Positions 9,144 to 18,508 of a stretch of 58,173 bases of DNA are shown piece by piece. The notes below the pieces were generated by a model. That model made no database searches, was not told where the DNA came from, and saw only the letters and a list, made by a program, of their open reading frames with translations. The position numbers were made by a program, and so were the translations under genes. The DNA is taken from contig JBKEHQ010000003.1 of assembly GCA_046710875.1 (NCBI GenBank), positions 1 through 58,173 on the forward strand, in the 5' to 3' direction. The DNA is from Candidatus Thalassarchaeaceae archaeon (lineage in GTDB: Archaea; Thermoplasmatota; Poseidoniia; Poseidoniales; Thalassarchaeaceae). Numbering within the stretch: the first letter of the stretch is position 1; every line of letters begins with the position of its first letter.

Positions 9144-9938
9144 TTATTTAATAAATAGAGATAAACAAGTCAACGATCCATCCGCATCCATTATTGGGGC
9201 CATATCTACGGACGTAATAGAGAAACCACAATTCAAAAGTATTTTTCTAGTGTCTGGAAATCCATTTGCGATTATTACTTTATCATTAGTGTAACCGAGA
9301 ACATTAGAGGCATAACTCTCAGAATTTGGTATTCTTATTATTTCATCGGCAAAATCGAATTGATCAGATTTCAAATGGCCTTCTGCCAAGATAATACTTC
9401 CAGGCCTTGGACTTGAACAGACGGTAGTCAAATGCAATGTTGATGAAGGAATATTAATGAGTTCAAATTCATAACCAGCATCTTTAACACAATTTCCGAG
9501 AAAATTGGCTCCTAGAGTATTTGTTCTAGTTGAAACGCCTATCAAGAATTTATCATCAAAAAAAACCACATCTCCTCCATCAATTGAACATTTTTTAGGC
9601 ATATTAATTATTTCATAGTCTTTTAATAAATATTCCTTCATTGCCTTTTCCTCTCCCTTCCTAGTATTATGGCCCATATTAGCAATAACCACTTTATCAT
9701 CAATCATTATTGATGTATCTTCAACAAAACAGCAGTCAGGATGAGTATCGATGCTCGGTAAAATTATAACATCTGTACCATGAGCCTCTAAAGCAGCCAC
9801 ATATGCTGAATGAGACCCCTTTGCTTTCTCAAAATTTGGTTTATTTTTACCAAAATAAGATGATAAAGCTTCGGAATAACTTTTAGAAATATCTCTAGTT
9901 ATTGCCCTCGATTTATTTCTGTCATGTGTACCGGGCAT
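9144..9938 (-). CDS. Amidinotransferase-fold enzyme, dimethylarginine dimethylaminohydrolase (DDAH)-like
   Basis: The length, an FVEDT-type motif (CCFVEDTSI), HLTTVCS and a C-terminal catalytic Cys context (DGSLTCLSL) all fit the family. Confidence 0.7.
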   Translation of the reverse strand: MPGTHDRNKSRAITRDISKSYSEALSSYFGKNKPNFEKAKGSHSAYVAALEAHGTDVIILPSIDTHPDCCFVEDTSIMIDDKVVIANMGHNTRKGEEKAMKEYLLKDYEIINMPKKCSIDGGDVVFFDDKFLIGVSTRTNTLGANFLGNCVKDAGYEFELINIPSSTLHLTTVCSSPRPGSIILAEGHLKSDQFDFADEIIRIPNSESYASNVLGYTNDKVIIANGFPDTRKILLNCGFSITSVDMAPIMDADGSLTCLSLFIK

Positions 9939-10010
9939 GAAAGTCCGAGTAAGTAAGATTTGATAATACTTCGGAATTAGGAATACTATTTCCTAATTAC
10001 AGTCATAATA

Positions 10011-10463
10011 TTATTTAATAGACTTGGAAAGCTTATCCATATGGATTTCCATATCTAAAATCAACATCAATAACTCTTCTTCATTCTGTAATAATTTTGT
10101 ATTTTTGGCTTCTAAAATTTTTATTTTATTTTTATCAGTTTCAAAGTCATTATTTCGTACTCTTTCATTTCCTAATTGTTTTTTTAGTTGTAAATTTCGT
10201 GTATTAACTACTCTAATTTTTTCTTCTAACTCGGCTATCAGCGGCCTACCAGAATCATTATTTGATTGATTTTCCAGCTCCATTGATCTGAATCGTCGTC
10301 GACCAGCCGCCAACTCTATTTCCATTTTATTGATTTCATCCCATAACGCGATAACTTCTTCAATAAGCCTATCTTGAGAAATATCCTTTAATCGATCCGC
10401 CAGACTGATATCTTCATCAGAAGTAACTACTTCTTTAGGATGATTAATCTCAGGTGAATCCAT
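10011..10463 (-). CDS. Hypothetical coiled-coil protein
   Basis: The 150-aa product is rich in heptad-like charged and leucine residues. I recognise no catalytic motif. Confidence 0.5.
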   Translation of the reverse strand: MDSPEINHPKEVVTSDEDISLADRLKDISQDRLIEEVIALWDEINKMEIELAAGRRRFRSMELENQSNNDSGRPLIAELEEKIRVVNTRNLQLKKQLGNERVRNNDFETDKNKIKILEAKNTKLLQNEEELLMLILDMEIHMDKLSKSIK

Positions 10464-10622
10464 TATGCCTCATTATCCATCCACAATATTATCCATTTGA
10501 ACCTTGAGGATATCTTAGTTCTAAAACAGCGATAACTCACCTAAATCAGAATTTCCAAATAAGAAAATACCAAATAAAATTTTTTTAAAAAATCATATAA
10601 AATAATATATCAACACATTGTG

Positions 10623-10630
10623 TTTATATC
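10623..10630 (+). promoter_or_regulatory. Candidate archaeal TATA box for a leaderless rplX transcript
   Basis: TTTATATC ends 22 nt before the ATG at 10653, which matches the usual TATA-to-TSS spacing. No SD sequence lies in between. Confidence 0.4.
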
Positions 10631-10652
10631 AAAACCTTTGTTCGGACGATTT

Positions 10653-10880
10653 ATGAAGGCATATAGGGCAAAAGGAACATTCAGGAATGGTAAGCGCGAT
10701 CAAGTTTACACATTGGATATCGTAGCCGCTGATGAAGAAGAGGCAAAACACCTCATTTACTCAAATTTTGGTAGTAGACATGCTGCGCCTCGTAGATTCG
10801 TAAAAATTGATACACTTGAAATCATAGACCCTTCTGAATCTACAGCGCCGGTTGTTGTTGCACATTTTAGAGATGAATGA
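10653..10880 (+). CDS. rplX: Large-subunit ribosomal protein LX (L18Ae/L20A family)
   Basis: The sequence MKAYRAKGTFRNGKRDQVYTLDIVAADEEEAKHLIYSNFGSRHAAPRRFVKI matches the archaeal LX pattern. The track start at 10620 is a GTG; I prefer the ATG at 10653. Confidence 0.8.
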   Translation: MKAYRAKGTFRNGKRDQVYTLDIVAADEEEAKHLIYSNFGSRHAAPRRFVKIDTLEIIDPSESTAPVVVAHFRDE

Positions 10881-10914
10881 TGACTTTATATCATCATTTC
10901 ACGAAATCGTGAAA
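10876..10914 (+). terminator. Two abutting perfect stem-loops just after, and overlapping, the rplX stop codon
   Basis: AATGATGA (10876-10883) pairs with TCATCATT (10891-10898). TTTCACG (10897-10903) pairs with CGTGAAA (10908-10914). A terminator or RNA-stability role is inferred only. Confidence 0.35.
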
Positions 10915-10920
10915 GCATAG

Positions 10921-11505
10921 ATGCACAGAGGAACTTATATGAAGAAAGATTTCAAGAAAGGATTCATGCGCCAATATTGGCGAATTCAACAAAGTCAAAC
11001 TCTTATATCAACTGTGTTTTGGATTACAACATTAACATTACTGATATGGCCAAATGTAAGTTGGAGATTCCAGTCCAATGAAGAACTCTTAGGCATACCA
11101 ATGACATATTGGGCATTATCCGCGATTGCAACATCAGTTTTACTATTGGTAATACTACTGGGGTGGACATATGATGTAGCATTAGGACTCTGGAGAGAAC
11201 ATCTTACTGTAGTACAAGAACGAAATCCTTTTACCACATATAAAGTCAATGCTCCCTGGGGAATACTTTTAGCCCAAACTAATACGATTCTAAGGAAATT
11301 ATCCGATGAAGATGATGAAGACATCCTAAGACATTGCGATTTTATCGATAGATGGTTAGACTGGAATGCAAATCAAGAGATATGGGCTAGAACAATGTCT
11401 TCATGGAAGCAGATAATGGGCGATGAAGATCCTTATTTATTCCATATTTCAGAAGAAACTAGAGCAAATCTAGAAGAAGCAGCAAAAAATATTCAAGATT
11501 TTTAA
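10921..11505 (+). CDS. Hypothetical membrane protein with two TM helices
   Basis: There are two hydrophobic helices (LISTVFWITTLTLLIW and ALSAIATSVLLLVILLGW) and an acidic C-terminal domain. I recognise no family. Confidence 0.5.
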   Translation: MHRGTYMKKDFKKGFMRQYWRIQQSQTLISTVFWITTLTLLIWPNVSWRFQSNEELLGIPMTYWALSAIATSVLLLVILLGWTYDVALGLWREHLTVVQERNPFTTYKVNAPWGILLAQTNTILRKLSDEDDEDILRHCDFIDRWLDWNANQEIWARTMSSWKQIMGDEDPYLFHISEETRANLEEAAKNIQDF

Positions 11506-11525
11506 ATTAAAAGGATGGGCATGAT

Positions 11526-12326
11526 TTGAACCCAGAAGACATCGTTAGAATTTCTCAATTAGCAGGTAATGAAATTTTAAAAATTTATAATCAAAAAGAA
11601 AATTTAAAAATATCTCATAAAGACGATAATTCACCGTTAACAGAAGCAGATTTGGCAGCACACAACATCATAATTCAGGAACTACAATTAATTGATAACA
11701 CGCCCATAGTATCTGAAGAGGGCAGAATAGGTGACCCTAAGGAAAGTCAAACCTGTTGGCTAGTAGATCCATTAGACGGTACTAAAGAATTTATCAAAAG
11801 AAATGGAATGTTCACTGTAAATATAGCATTGATGCAACGAGATGGAAGTAGATGGAAACCAATATTTGGGGTAGTACACGCCCCAGTGTCTAAAACAACA
11901 TGGTTTGGAGGGATAATGACCCCATCAGAAAGAAGAGGGCCGGATGGGTCTGGATTAATAATGGTCCATCCTTCAAATCCTCCTGAACCCGTGAGATTAG
12001 TTGCCAGTGGCACGCACAGAGGAGAGAATGACGAGAAATTTGCAAAGAGAATTGGTAACTATGATTTAGTAAGAATGGGGTCCTCACTTAAAGCATGTAT
12101 AGTTGCTGAAGGAGGTGCCGACTTATATCCAAGATTTGGTCCTACATCATGTTGGGATATTGCTGCTGCACATGCTGTTGTTTCTGGTGCAGGAGGGTTA
12201 GTATTAAATCCAAACGGAAATACATTAGATTACGATATCATCGATAAAGTTTTAAATCCATATTTTCTTGTTACTTCTGACAATAGATGGACAAATGATT
12301 GGATTTATCAAAATAAGTCTTTATGA
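11526..12326 (+). CDS. cysQ: 3'(2'),5'-bisphosphate nucleotidase CysQ (PAP phosphatase)
   Basis: The WLVDPLDGTKEF motif, GSSLKACIVAEGGADLYPRFGPTSCWDIAAAHAVV (very close to E. coli CysQ from memory) and the position upstream of cysD all fit. The start is a TTG. Confidence 0.85.
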   Translation: MNPEDIVRISQLAGNEILKIYNQKENLKISHKDDNSPLTEADLAAHNIIIQELQLIDNTPIVSEEGRIGDPKESQTCWLVDPLDGTKEFIKRNGMFTVNIALMQRDGSRWKPIFGVVHAPVSKTTWFGGIMTPSERRGPDGSGLIMVHPSNPPEPVRLVASGTHRGENDEKFAKRIGNYDLVRMGSSLKACIVAEGGADLYPRFGPTSCWDIAAAHAVVSGAGGLVLNPNGNTLDYDIIDKVLNPYFLVTSDNRWTNDWIYQNKSL

Positions 12327-12374
12327 GACTAATCCCCGACGATGTAAAATAGTTATGAACATGCGCTAAAAACA

Positions 12375-13268
12375 ATGAACCATCTCGCCACCTTAGAGGC
12401 AGAAGCAATTCACATCATGCGCGAAGTCGTAGCTTCGGCAGAAAATCCAGTTATGCTTTATTCAGTAGGAAAAGACTCATCAGTAATGCTTCATCTCGCA
12501 AAAAAAGCATTTTTTCCAGGAAAAATTCCATTTCCCTTAATGCATATTGATACAATGTGGAAATTTTCCGAAATGATTGAATTTAGAGATAAAACAGCCA
12601 AAGAGCTAGGCTTAAATTTGATCGTACACATCAATCCTGAAGGAAAGAAACTAGGAATTAATCCTTTTATCCATGGTTCTTCTAAGCATACTAATATTAT
12701 GAAAACCGAAGGATTAAAGCAGGCTATGGATAAACATAAGTTCGATGTAGCATTTGGAGGCGCCCGAAGAGATGAAGAAAAATCTCGTGCAAAAGAAAGG
12801 ATATTTTCATTTAGGACATCCGAACATCGTTGGGATCCTAAAAATCAGAGGCCAGAATTATGGAATATATTTAATTCTAACATAAACAAGGGAGAATCAA
12901 TTAGAGTTTTCCCTCTTTCCAATTGGACCGAACTCGATATTTGGCAATATATTCATCTTGAAAATATTCCAATAGTTCCACTATATTTTTCCAAAGAAAG
13001 GCCAGTCGTAGATCGTGATGGGACACTTATTCTTGTTGATGATGACAGACTCCCCCTCCTAAACGGAGAAATCCCATTAATGAAAAGTGTCAGATTTAGG
13101 ACTTTAGGATGTTATCCATTATCGGGGGCAGTTGAGTCAAAAGCCACTTCTTTACCCGAGATTATACAGGAAATGCTTATGACAACAACTTCAGAAAGGC
13201 AAGATAGAATTATTGATCATGATGGCAATGCTTCAATGGAGAAAAAGAAGCAAGAGGGGTATTTCTGA
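12375..13268 (+). CDS. cysD: Sulfate adenylyltransferase subunit 2
   Basis: The PP-loop [12 protein letters not shown], the [15 protein letters not shown] segment and the C-terminal KKKQEGYF are present. Confidence 0.92.
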   Translation: MNHLATLEAEAIHIMREVVASAENPVMLYSVGKDSSVMLHLAKKAFFPGKIPFPLMHIDTMWKFSEMIEFRDKTAKELGLNLIVHINPEGKKLGINPFIHGSSKHTNIMKTEGLKQAMDKHKFDVAFGGARRDEEKSRAKERIFSFRTSEHRWDPKNQRPELWNIFNSNINKGESIRVFPLSNWTELDIWQYIHLENIPIVPLYFSKERPVVDRDGTLILVDDDRLPLLNGEIPLMKSVRFRTLGCYPLSGAVESKATSLPEIIQEMLMTTTSERQDRIIDHDGNASMEKKKQEGYF

Positions 13269-15157
13269 TGTCACACACCAGTAAACTTATTTCGGCCGAC
13301 ATCGATTTATATCTGAAAACACACCAAGAAAAAAGTCTTCTAAGGTTTATTACATGTGGCTCGGTAGATGATGGTAAATCTACTCTAATTGGCAGAATGC
13401 TATATGAATCACATATGCTTTTTGATGACCAACTAAGTTTATTAGAATCAGATTCTAAAAAATTAGGTACACAGGGTTCAGAAATTGATTTTGCTTTATT
13501 GGTCGATGGATTAGCAGCTGAAAGAGAACAAGGGATAACAATTGATGTTGCATATAGATTTTTTTCAACAGATAAAAGAAAATATATTGTTGCAGATACG
13601 CCCGGGCATGAAGAATATACTCGGAATATGGCGACGGGGGCATCAACCGCAGATATAGCCATAATTCTTGTAGATGCTCAACATGGAATTTTAACTCAAA
13701 CTCGAAGGCATTCTTTTATCACTTCTATGGTCGGAGTAAAAAAAGTATTATTGGCCGTTAATAAATTAGATTTAATCGACTATTCACAAGAAGTATATGA
13801 TAAAATTGTTAAAGAGTATAATAAATTTGCAAGCAATGCACTAGATATTGAAGAAATAACGCCTATACCAATTTCTGCATTGATGGGCGATAATGTTGTA
13901 AATAAAAGTACCAATACCCCTTGGTATAAAGGGCAAACCATTATGGAATACCTCGAAAATGTAAAAATCTCGAATAAAAATCTAGATAAACCATTTAGAA
14001 TACCAATTCAATGGGTAAATCGACCTTCATCTGATTTCCGCGGGTTTTCAGGATTAATTGCTAGCGGAAGCATAAGGGTTGGAGATGAAGTAAAAATTAT
14101 CCCCGGAGGGCAGTCCTCAACCATTGAAACAATTATTACAGGCGATAGTGAAGTCACTAACGCTTCTGCAGGAGAATCAATAACAATCACTTTGGATGAT
14201 CAAATTGACGTATCTAGGGGAGATATATTGGTTGATAAAAAAAATCCTTGCGGTGAAGCCGATCAATTCCAAACTCGAATATTGTGGATGCACGAAGATC
14301 CCATGATGCCAGGACGGCAATATCTTCTAAAATCTAATACTCAATCAGCATTGCTGACATTGGGTAAGTTAAAGCACAGAATTGATGTCAATACTCTTGA
14401 TAACTTACCTGCAAAAATATTAGAAATGAATGAAATTGGGATTTGTAATATTTCACTAGATAGACAAATTGCATTTGATTCTTATAACAACAATCAGACT
14501 ATGGGTGGATTTATTTTAATCGATAAATTTTCAAACAATACAATTGGAATGGGACTAATAGATTTTGCACTTCGCCGATCCGACAATATTCATTGGCAAA
14601 AAATGGATATATCTAAAGAATCCAGAGCACAACAAAAATTACAAATTCCAAAATTAATATGGTTTACAGGACTTTCAGGTTCAGGAAAATCATCGATTGC
14701 AAACATATTAGAAAAGAAATTGCATTCATTAGGTAAACATACTATCACACTAGATGGCGATAATATACGCCATGGCATAAATCGAGATTTAGGGTTTAAT
14801 GAGGCAGACCGGGTTGAAAATATTAGAAGAGTAGGTGAAATTGCAAAATTAATGCTAGAGGGCGGGTTAATCTGTATAGCTTCATTTATATCTCCATTTG
14901 AATCTGAACGTCATATGGCAAGGACCCTCGTATCAAAAAATGAATTTATAGAAGTTTTTGTAGACACTCCACTTCATGTATGTGAAAAGAGAGATGTCAA
15001 GGGCTTGTATGCAAAAGCAAGATCGGGAGAAATACCAAATTTTACGGGAATATCCAGCCCATTTGAAAAACCATTGAATCCGGAGATTAGGATAGATACT
15101 ACCGTTACATCTGCAGAAGAAGCGGCAAATCAGATAATTGCATATTTTACCAAGTAA
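13268..15157 (+). CDS. cysNC: Bifunctional sulfate adenylyltransferase subunit 1 / adenylylsulfate kinase (CysN-CysC fusion)
   Basis: The N-terminal GTPase has GSVDDGKSTLIGR, DTPGHEEY and NKLD. The C-terminal APS kinase has the P-loop FTGLSGSGKSS and SFISPF. The start overlaps the cysD stop as ATGA. Confidence 0.92.
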   Translation: MSHTSKLISADIDLYLKTHQEKSLLRFITCGSVDDGKSTLIGRMLYESHMLFDDQLSLLESDSKKLGTQGSEIDFALLVDGLAAEREQGITIDVAYRFFSTDKRKYIVADTPGHEEYTRNMATGASTADIAIILVDAQHGILTQTRRHSFITSMVGVKKVLLAVNKLDLIDYSQEVYDKIVKEYNKFASNALDIEEITPIPISALMGDNVVNKSTNTPWYKGQTIMEYLENVKISNKNLDKPFRIPIQWVNRPSSDFRGFSGLIASGSIRVGDEVKIIPGGQSSTIETIITGDSEVTNASAGESITITLDDQIDVSRGDILVDKKNPCGEADQFQTRILWMHEDPMMPGRQYLLKSNTQSALLTLGKLKHRIDVNTLDNLPAKILEMNEIGICNISLDRQIAFDSYNNNQTMGGFILIDKFSNNTIGMGLIDFALRRSDNIHWQKMDISKESRAQQKLQIPKLIWFTGLSGSGKSSIANILEKKLHSLGKHTITLDGDNIRHGINRDLGFNEADRVENIRRVGEIAKLMLEGGLICIASFISPFESERHMARTLVSKNEFIEVFVDTPLHVCEKRDVKGLYAKARSGEIPNFTGISSPFEKPLNPEIRIDTTVTSAEEAANQIIAYFTK

Positions 15158-15198
15158 TGTTTGCGACGCATTCTTGACATACGACAAACGCGCGTCAT

Positions 15199-15729
15199 AT
15201 GATGGATGTCATTGACCAAGCGGAATTACAGAAAATTGCGCAACAGGTTGAGATAAGTAGAGAGAGACTTCAATCAATGGAACAACAAATTCAACGTTTA
15301 GATGAAGTTAGATTAGAACAAATAAGGGCTATGAATACTTTAAAATCAATACCCAAACATGGTTCTGATGAAATCATGATTCCACTGGGATCCGGAGTAC
15401 AAATATTAGCAAATATTTCTGAAAACGCAGGCGCAGTAATAGACATTGGATCCAGAGTTCAAGCAGAAAAAACTCGTGACGAAGCGATTATAATTCTGAC
15501 GAATAGAAATGAAGAGTTGAACAATATTTTACAAAAATTAAAATCCGAATACGAAGTTTTAGAGCAGTATGTAGTTTCATTAGCCCACCAATTCACCTCG
15601 GGTGTCGAGCAAATTCAAGAAAACAAAATAGAAACACCAACAAGTAATGAAACTCTAGTAGAAACTAAACAAATACCTACTAAAAGTAAAAGGAGAAAAA
15701 GAGGTAGAGATCTTACTTTAGATGATTAG
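15199..15729 (+). CDS. pfdA: Prefoldin alpha subunit
   Basis: The layout is coiled coil, then beta-hairpin core (IMIPLGSGVQILANI...VIDIGSRVQAEKT), then coiled coil. It lies directly upstream of ftsY, as in many archaea. It also has a Lys/Arg-rich C-terminal tail. Confidence 0.8.
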   Translation: MMDVIDQAELQKIAQQVEISRERLQSMEQQIQRLDEVRLEQIRAMNTLKSIPKHGSDEIMIPLGSGVQILANISENAGAVIDIGSRVQAEKTRDEAIIILTNRNEELNNILQKLKSEYEVLEQYVVSLAHQFTSGVEQIQENKIETPTSNETLVETKQIPTKSKRRKRGRDLTLDD

Positions 15730-15739
15730 GAGGTGTTTT

Positions 15740-17008
15740 ATGGGATTATTTGATAAATTTAAAAAACGAATAAAAGATTCTAAAATAGAATCCGACATTA
15801 CTGCTGAAGAAGATACTAAAGAAGCCAAAAATGCAATTTTAGACCGTAAAGAAAAATTAAATAATATCCAAATACAAAATAAAGATAAACAAATAGATCA
15901 AAATTCTAATAAAGTTATAGAGGAGGAATGGGATGAAATTCCAGATAAATCAATAACCAATCCATTTTATGACAAACACAACTCAAAAGAAAGAAAATTT
16001 GCAAAAAGAGCAAAGTCTATGGAGAATAATGTAAAGAAAACACAATTAACAAAGGTAATAGATAATATGCATACAACCACAGGGAAAAAACTAATTCCAA
16101 AGACCAATGTGAAATTTCATTTTGATTTTGCCAATGAAGAAGTTAAAAGAGGTGGCCGAATTATTAAAGGGGGTCCCGTATTTGATGAAATACTAGAAGA
16201 ATTAGAGATAGATTTACTATCTGCTGACATAGGTCATACTTCAGTTTCCGAAATAATAAAATTATTACGAATGCATTTAATAGGGGCGCGTATTAATAAA
16301 AAAGTTAATTTAGAATTAGTAATAGAAAAAGCAGTCAAGAACTCTTTACTATCATTATTAAATGCAGGATATTGGGACTTTGATAAAACCATAAATGCAT
16401 TTGTTTCTGATAATACCCCAGTTACGATTATGATGGTTGGCGTTAATGGAACTGGTAAAACTACTACTGCGGCAAAATTAACTCATAGACTTACAAATAA
16501 TGGATATTCTGTTGTATTAGCAGCGGCTGATACATTTAGGGCAGGAGCAATTGATCAATTAACATTACATGCTGAAAAATTAGGTGTTCGTTGTGTTAAG
16601 AGTCAACGTGGAGGAGATGCAGCAGCAATTTCGAGAGATGCAATAGAAAGTGCAAAAGCCAAAGGCGATGATATCGTCATCATAGATACAGCAGGAAGAA
16701 TGCAAAATAAAACTAATCTGATGAATGAATTGCAAAAAGTACACAGAGTTACAAAACCACACCTTGTTCTTTTTGTTGCAGATGCACTAGCGGGCAATGA
16801 TGCTGTACTACAGGCCAAGGAATTTCAAAAAATCTTGGAGTTTGATGGCGCAGTTTTAACTAAACTAGATACAGATGCTAGGGGCGGCGCTGCACTTTCT
16901 ATTTCCCATGCGACTGGCAAACCAATAGTGTTAGCTGGCATCGGTCAAGAATACAAAGATCTAAAATTATTTGATCCAAATTGGCTTTTAGAATCAATAT
17001 TAAATTAA
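15740..17008 (+). CDS. ftsY: Signal recognition particle receptor FtsY
   Basis: GVNGTGKTTT, DTAGR and TKLD motifs are present, with a charged N-terminal A-domain. The start is set at the ATG (MGLFDKFKK), which is preceded by GGAGGTG. Confidence 0.92.
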   Translation: MGLFDKFKKRIKDSKIESDITAEEDTKEAKNAILDRKEKLNNIQIQNKDKQIDQNSNKVIEEEWDEIPDKSITNPFYDKHNSKERKFAKRAKSMENNVKKTQLTKVIDNMHTTTGKKLIPKTNVKFHFDFANEEVKRGGRIIKGGPVFDEILEELEIDLLSADIGHTSVSEIIKLLRMHLIGARINKKVNLELVIEKAVKNSLLSLLNAGYWDFDKTINAFVSDNTPVTIMMVGVNGTGKTTTAAKLTHRLTNNGYSVVLAAADTFRAGAIDQLTLHAEKLGVRCVKSQRGGDAAAISRDAIESAKAKGDDIVIIDTAGRMQNKTNLMNELQKVHRVTKPHLVLFVADALAGNDAVLQAKEFQKILEFDGAVLTKLDTDARGGAALSISHATGKPIVLAGIGQEYKDLKLFDPNWLLESILN

Positions 17009-17057
17009 CATCCATACCGTATCGTTCTTGAATAGTGCCTTAGTGTGACATATAACA

Positions 17058-17669
17058 ATGCCCTCCGACACAGAGAAGATAGCCTTGATTGCAGTAAGTA
17101 ATCCTATAACTTCTGGAAGAATTAATACAATTATGAAACAAAAAGGCTGGAGTTCTCAAATTCATTCAGATGGAGACAAAGCCGTAGATAGTTTTGTCCA
17201 ATTGAAACCTAGTATTGTTTTTATAAGTCTAAACCTATCTACAATTAATGGACACATAGCTGCACTAGAAATGAGGGAAATAAATCACGAAGCAAGAATA
17301 GTATTTGTTAGTAGTAAAACTAGAATTAAAAAAGTACAAGATGCAGCGTTTTCCTCAGGTGCAGTCGGAATTATCACTACTCCGTTAACGCTCTCCAAAG
17401 TTGATAATATCTGGCATGATATTTTTTCTGAAGTACCCGATGCTCCAGGATTAGCAGACCTCGATGAATTATATCCAGTTATTCCATTGCAACAAACGCC
17501 GCTCCCTCCTATGGCGGTCCCCTTACCCATATCCAGTATTGATAGTATGAATATTGAACCTAAAAAAAAGAAGAAAAATATTTTGCGAAATTTAAAAATT
17601 AGTATTTTAATTATTTCCGGTACCATCATTGTCATTTCAAGTTTGATATTTTTTGATTTTCCAAATTAA
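17058..17669 (+). CDS. CheY-like receiver-fold protein lacking the phospho-acceptor pocket (pseudo-receiver) with a C-terminal TM anchor
   Basis: By-eye alignment to CheY gives DD to SN (IALIAVSNP), D57 to S (VFISLNLS) and K109 to T (IITTPL). A Pro-rich linker, a KKKKK patch and a hydrophobic tail (ILIISGTIIVISSLIFF) follow. Confidence 0.6.
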   Translation: MPSDTEKIALIAVSNPITSGRINTIMKQKGWSSQIHSDGDKAVDSFVQLKPSIVFISLNLSTINGHIAALEMREINHEARIVFVSSKTRIKKVQDAAFSSGAVGIITTPLTLSKVDNIWHDIFSEVPDAPGLADLDELYPVIPLQQTPLPPMAVPLPISSIDSMNIEPKKKKKNILRNLKISILIISGTIIVISSLIFFDFPN

Positions 17670-17677
17670 ATGACCCT

Positions 17678-18472
17678 TTATTCCAACCACTTTGTCAATA
17701 AAGGCAAAATTTCTTGACTATTTGTTAATATTCCCATATGGCCACCTAAAACTTCTATTAATTTTATATTTGGGATAGAAGAATTAATGATCTGACATAC
17801 TTCAAATTGATGAGGAGGTGTATTAGATCCAACTGTCATAAAGACCGGATGTTCTACTTTATTCCAATATGATGATGGAGTTTTATCATAGCATAAAAAC
17901 CGAGCCTCCGCAAGTATTTTTGGTTGCAAACTTCTCCAATTTATTTTCCTTTCTTCTGACATTTTTTGCCATGTTCCTGATTCATTCCAATAATCAATAA
18001 AGTCTTCTAGGAAATCTTCTGGAGCCAATCCTTCCTTGAAGAATGTTTCAACTACCTCGCCAAAATCATTTTTTAATTCACTTAATTTTGTATTATCTAA
18101 ACAACCCCATAATATCGGTTCATGTATAGAAATCTTACGAATTCTTCTCGGATGTTTTATTGCCAATTTAAGGGCCAAAAATCCTCCATATGAATGGCCT
18201 AGAAGATCTACAGGAGACTCTTCCTGAAGAAGTAAATATTCTGCAGCTTTAAGATCAATTAATATGTCTGGAGGATTTTTAATATCCCAACTATCAGAAG
18301 GAAAATATCCAAGATAATGTAAGTAAATTAATCGCCTATCTGGTAATAATTTTGAGACGTTTTTCCATTGTCTTGAGTCCAATCCGGTACTACATAACAT
18401 CATTATTGAAGGTGTTTTTCCATCTCTTATTGAATAATAGAACTCGTAACCTTCAATATTTATACTCGGCAT
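17678..18472 (-). CDS. Alpha/beta-fold hydrolase
   Basis: The nucleophile elbow GHSYGG and a C-terminal GGHMG histidine context are present. Confidence 0.75.
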   Translation of the reverse strand: MPSINIEGYEFYYSIRDGKTPSIMMLCSTGLDSRQWKNVSKLLPDRRLIYLHYLGYFPSDSWDIKNPPDILIDLKAAEYLLLQEESPVDLLGHSYGGFLALKLAIKHPRRIRKISIHEPILWGCLDNTKLSELKNDFGEVVETFFKEGLAPEDFLEDFIDYWNESGTWQKMSEERKINWRSLQPKILAEARFLCYDKTPSSYWNKVEHPVFMTVGSNTPPHQFEVCQIINSSIPNIKLIEVLGGHMGILTNSQEILPLLTKWLE

Positions 18473-18508
18473 GCGGCCTCATGACATGTTTATAATTTTT
18501 AATAATAA

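Noticed and set aside
11523-11533. An 11-nt match (GATTTGAACCC) to the T-arm region of the tRNA-Arg gene, considered as a possible att remnant.
   Set aside because: It overlaps the TTG start of cysQ. The interval it would delimit (11.5-23.6 kb) holds core genes (pfdA, ftsY, moeA, uvrA). The match is too short to separate from chance without further evidence.
13210-13662. A 150-aa minus-strand ORF antisense to the cysD/cysN junction. Similar short antisense ORFs occur throughout the track, for example 5382-5636, 16603-16818, 24352-24690 and 33777-34067.
   Set aside because: Each lies inside a well-supported gene on the other strand and has no recognisable motif. They are typical shadow ORFs.
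15159-15196. GC-rich dyads between cysNC and pfdA (GTTTG/CAAAC and GACGC/GCGTC).
   Set aside because: The two arm pairs are in crossing order, so they cannot form one hairpin. Each is only 5 bp. This is not distinguishable from chance.
17562-17569. An A8 homopolymer inside the pseudo-receiver gene, and a similar A8 run in the DDAH-like gene near 9559, considered as slippage or frameshift sites.
   Set aside because: The reading frames continue sensibly through both runs (a KKKKK patch in one case), and no alternative-frame extension is apparent.
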